From: Chiloscyllium plagiosum | Taxonomy: Eukaryota | Direction of reading: 5' to 3' | NCBI RefSeq assembly: GCF_004010195.1 | Contig: NC_057711.1 | Coordinates: 53,557,222-53,621,221, forward strand | DNA: 64,000 nt | Part shown: one piece after another, positions 63,976 to 64,000 of the stretch | Numbering within the stretch: the stretch's first letter is position 1 | How the letters are laid out: the number at the start of each line of letters is the position of its first letter | The notes under the pieces: generated by a model | Told to the model about the DNA's origin: nothing | Databases searched by the model: none | Seen by the model: only the letters and a program-made list of their open reading frames with translations | Program-made: the position numbers and the translations under genes

Positions 63976-64000
63976 AGGAAGTCAATTCATCAAGGATCCT

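Overview
Eukaryotic, AT-rich, repeat-dense vertebrate DNA. The SINE/LINE families look like those of a cartilaginous fish (shark); this is inference. Two spliced protein-coding genes lie on the minus strand. RIOK2 has 9 of 10 expected coding exons readable between 57446 and 31960, all with GT-AG borders and consistent phases. Its exon 5 is absent and most likely sits in the N-gap at 44921-45420. Further downstream is the first coding exon of LIX1 (4802-4721), which matches the known RIOK2-LIX1 synteny. Almost all supplied ORFs are noise or retroelement fragments. The rest is layered mobile DNA: CR1/HER1-like LINEs, a second jockey-superclade LINE, Rex1/Babar, RTE, HE1-like and other tRNA SINEs, a DeuSINE, an LTR element with a tRNA-Pro-like PBS, a Tc1/mariner-type relic and many Penelope-like fragments. 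The most notable signal is a set of very short (about 110-230 bp) insertions, flanked by target-site duplications, that carry minimal hammerhead-ribozyme cores. Two of them are stacked at the same 13-bp target. One forms a perfect 58-bp hairpin with the ribozyme core in its loop, about 160-310 bp upstream of the RIOK2 start codon. There are three assembly gaps (9421-9920, 13082-13532, 44921-45420).
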